From positions 1 through 35,120 of the forward strand of contig JBHHYI010000026.1 of NCBI GenBank assembly GCA_046757525.1: a stretch of DNA of 35,120 bases, read 5' to 3'. Both the position numbers and the translations under genes were made by a program. Below the pieces are notes generated by a model. That model was given only the letters and a program-made list of their open reading frames with translations, was not told the DNA's origin and searched no databases. Source of the DNA: a bacterium (GTDB lineage: Bacteria > Zhuqueibacterota > Zhuqueibacteria > Oceanimicrobiales > Oceanimicrobiaceae). Each line of letters starts with the position of its first letter. The stretch's first letter is position 1. Shown here piece after piece: positions 34,600 through 35,120 of this stretch.

Positions 34600-35061
34600 A
34601 TGGCTGGTACGTTTTCACAAATCTACATTCAAGCCGTATTTGCCGTTAAAGGCCGGGCCAACCTCCTGCAAAAACCCTGGCGCGTTGAGGTGTTCAAATA
34701 CATGGCCGGCATCATCAAAAACAAGGACCAAAAACCGATCATAATCAATGGCGTCGCGGACCACGTGCATCTTTTTATTGGCCTAAAACCTTCAAAGGCT
34801 GTCTCCGACTTGATTCGTGATGTGAAAAACAACACCAGCAATTTCATCAATGACCAAAACTGGGTTAAGGGTCGGTTTTCATGGCAGGAAGGATATGGCG
34901 CCTTTTCTTATGCACATTCCCAGATCGAAACCGTTTACGACTATATTCTCCATCAGGAAGAACACCACCGGAAACGAACATTTCGGGAAGAATACCTGGA
35001 ATTTCTGGAAAAATTCGAGGTTCCGTACGAAGAGCGGTTCTTGTTTGAATGGCTTGAATAA
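34600..35061 (+). CDS. tnpA: IS200/IS605-family Y1 HUH transposase, REP-associated (RAYT-like)
   Basis: DHVHLFI (HUH), FSWQEGYGAFS, YILHQEEHH (catalytic Tyr); GGGAGG RBS; REPs on both sides. Confidence 0.92.
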   Translation: MAGTFSQIYIQAVFAVKGRANLLQKPWRVEVFKYMAGIIKNKDQKPIIINGVADHVHLFIGLKPSKAVSDLIRDVKNNTSNFINDQNWVKGRFSWQEGYGAFSYAHSQIETVYDYILHQEEHHRKRTFREEYLEFLEKFEVPYEERFLFEWLE

Positions 35062-35065
35062 TATC

Positions 35066-35120
35066 TCACCCCTTCGGGGTTGATCTCTTTTTGAATATCA
35101 AGATCTATAATCATATCATC
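35066..35120. repeat. REP units downstream of tnpA (run off the window)
   Basis: TCACCCCTTCGGGGTT and CTATAATCATATCATC. Confidence 0.85.

Overview
Bacterial chromosomal window with four parts. (1) 0.9-4.3 kb: an uncharacterised three-gene module. A receiver-SARP/BTAD activator lacks the phospho-acceptor Asp, and two convergent hypothetical genes appear to share a beta-rich domain and carry matching 11-bp-periodic operator repeats. (2) 6-32 kb: a purine-catabolism region with an amidase, NCS2 permease, xdhAB, an OCD-family enzyme, ssnA, a short YgfK-like protein, a Se-type Xdh and a ThrC-like PLP enzyme. (3) 9.3-17 kb: a decaying defence island interrupting that region. It holds a PLD-SNF2 helicase missing its second RecA domain, a REP-flanked DUF559 nuclease, and a frameshifted type IIG R-M enzyme with a C-terminal AlbA_2/Schlafen domain. 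(4) 32.6-35.1 kb: an AAA-DUF4143 ATPase and a Y1 transposase in a REP array that contains hsdS-like 3' fragments. Four toxin-antitoxin loci lie between the purine genes; each keeps its antitoxin while the toxin survives only as a short remnant. All family calls come from motif recognition by eye, not from database searches.
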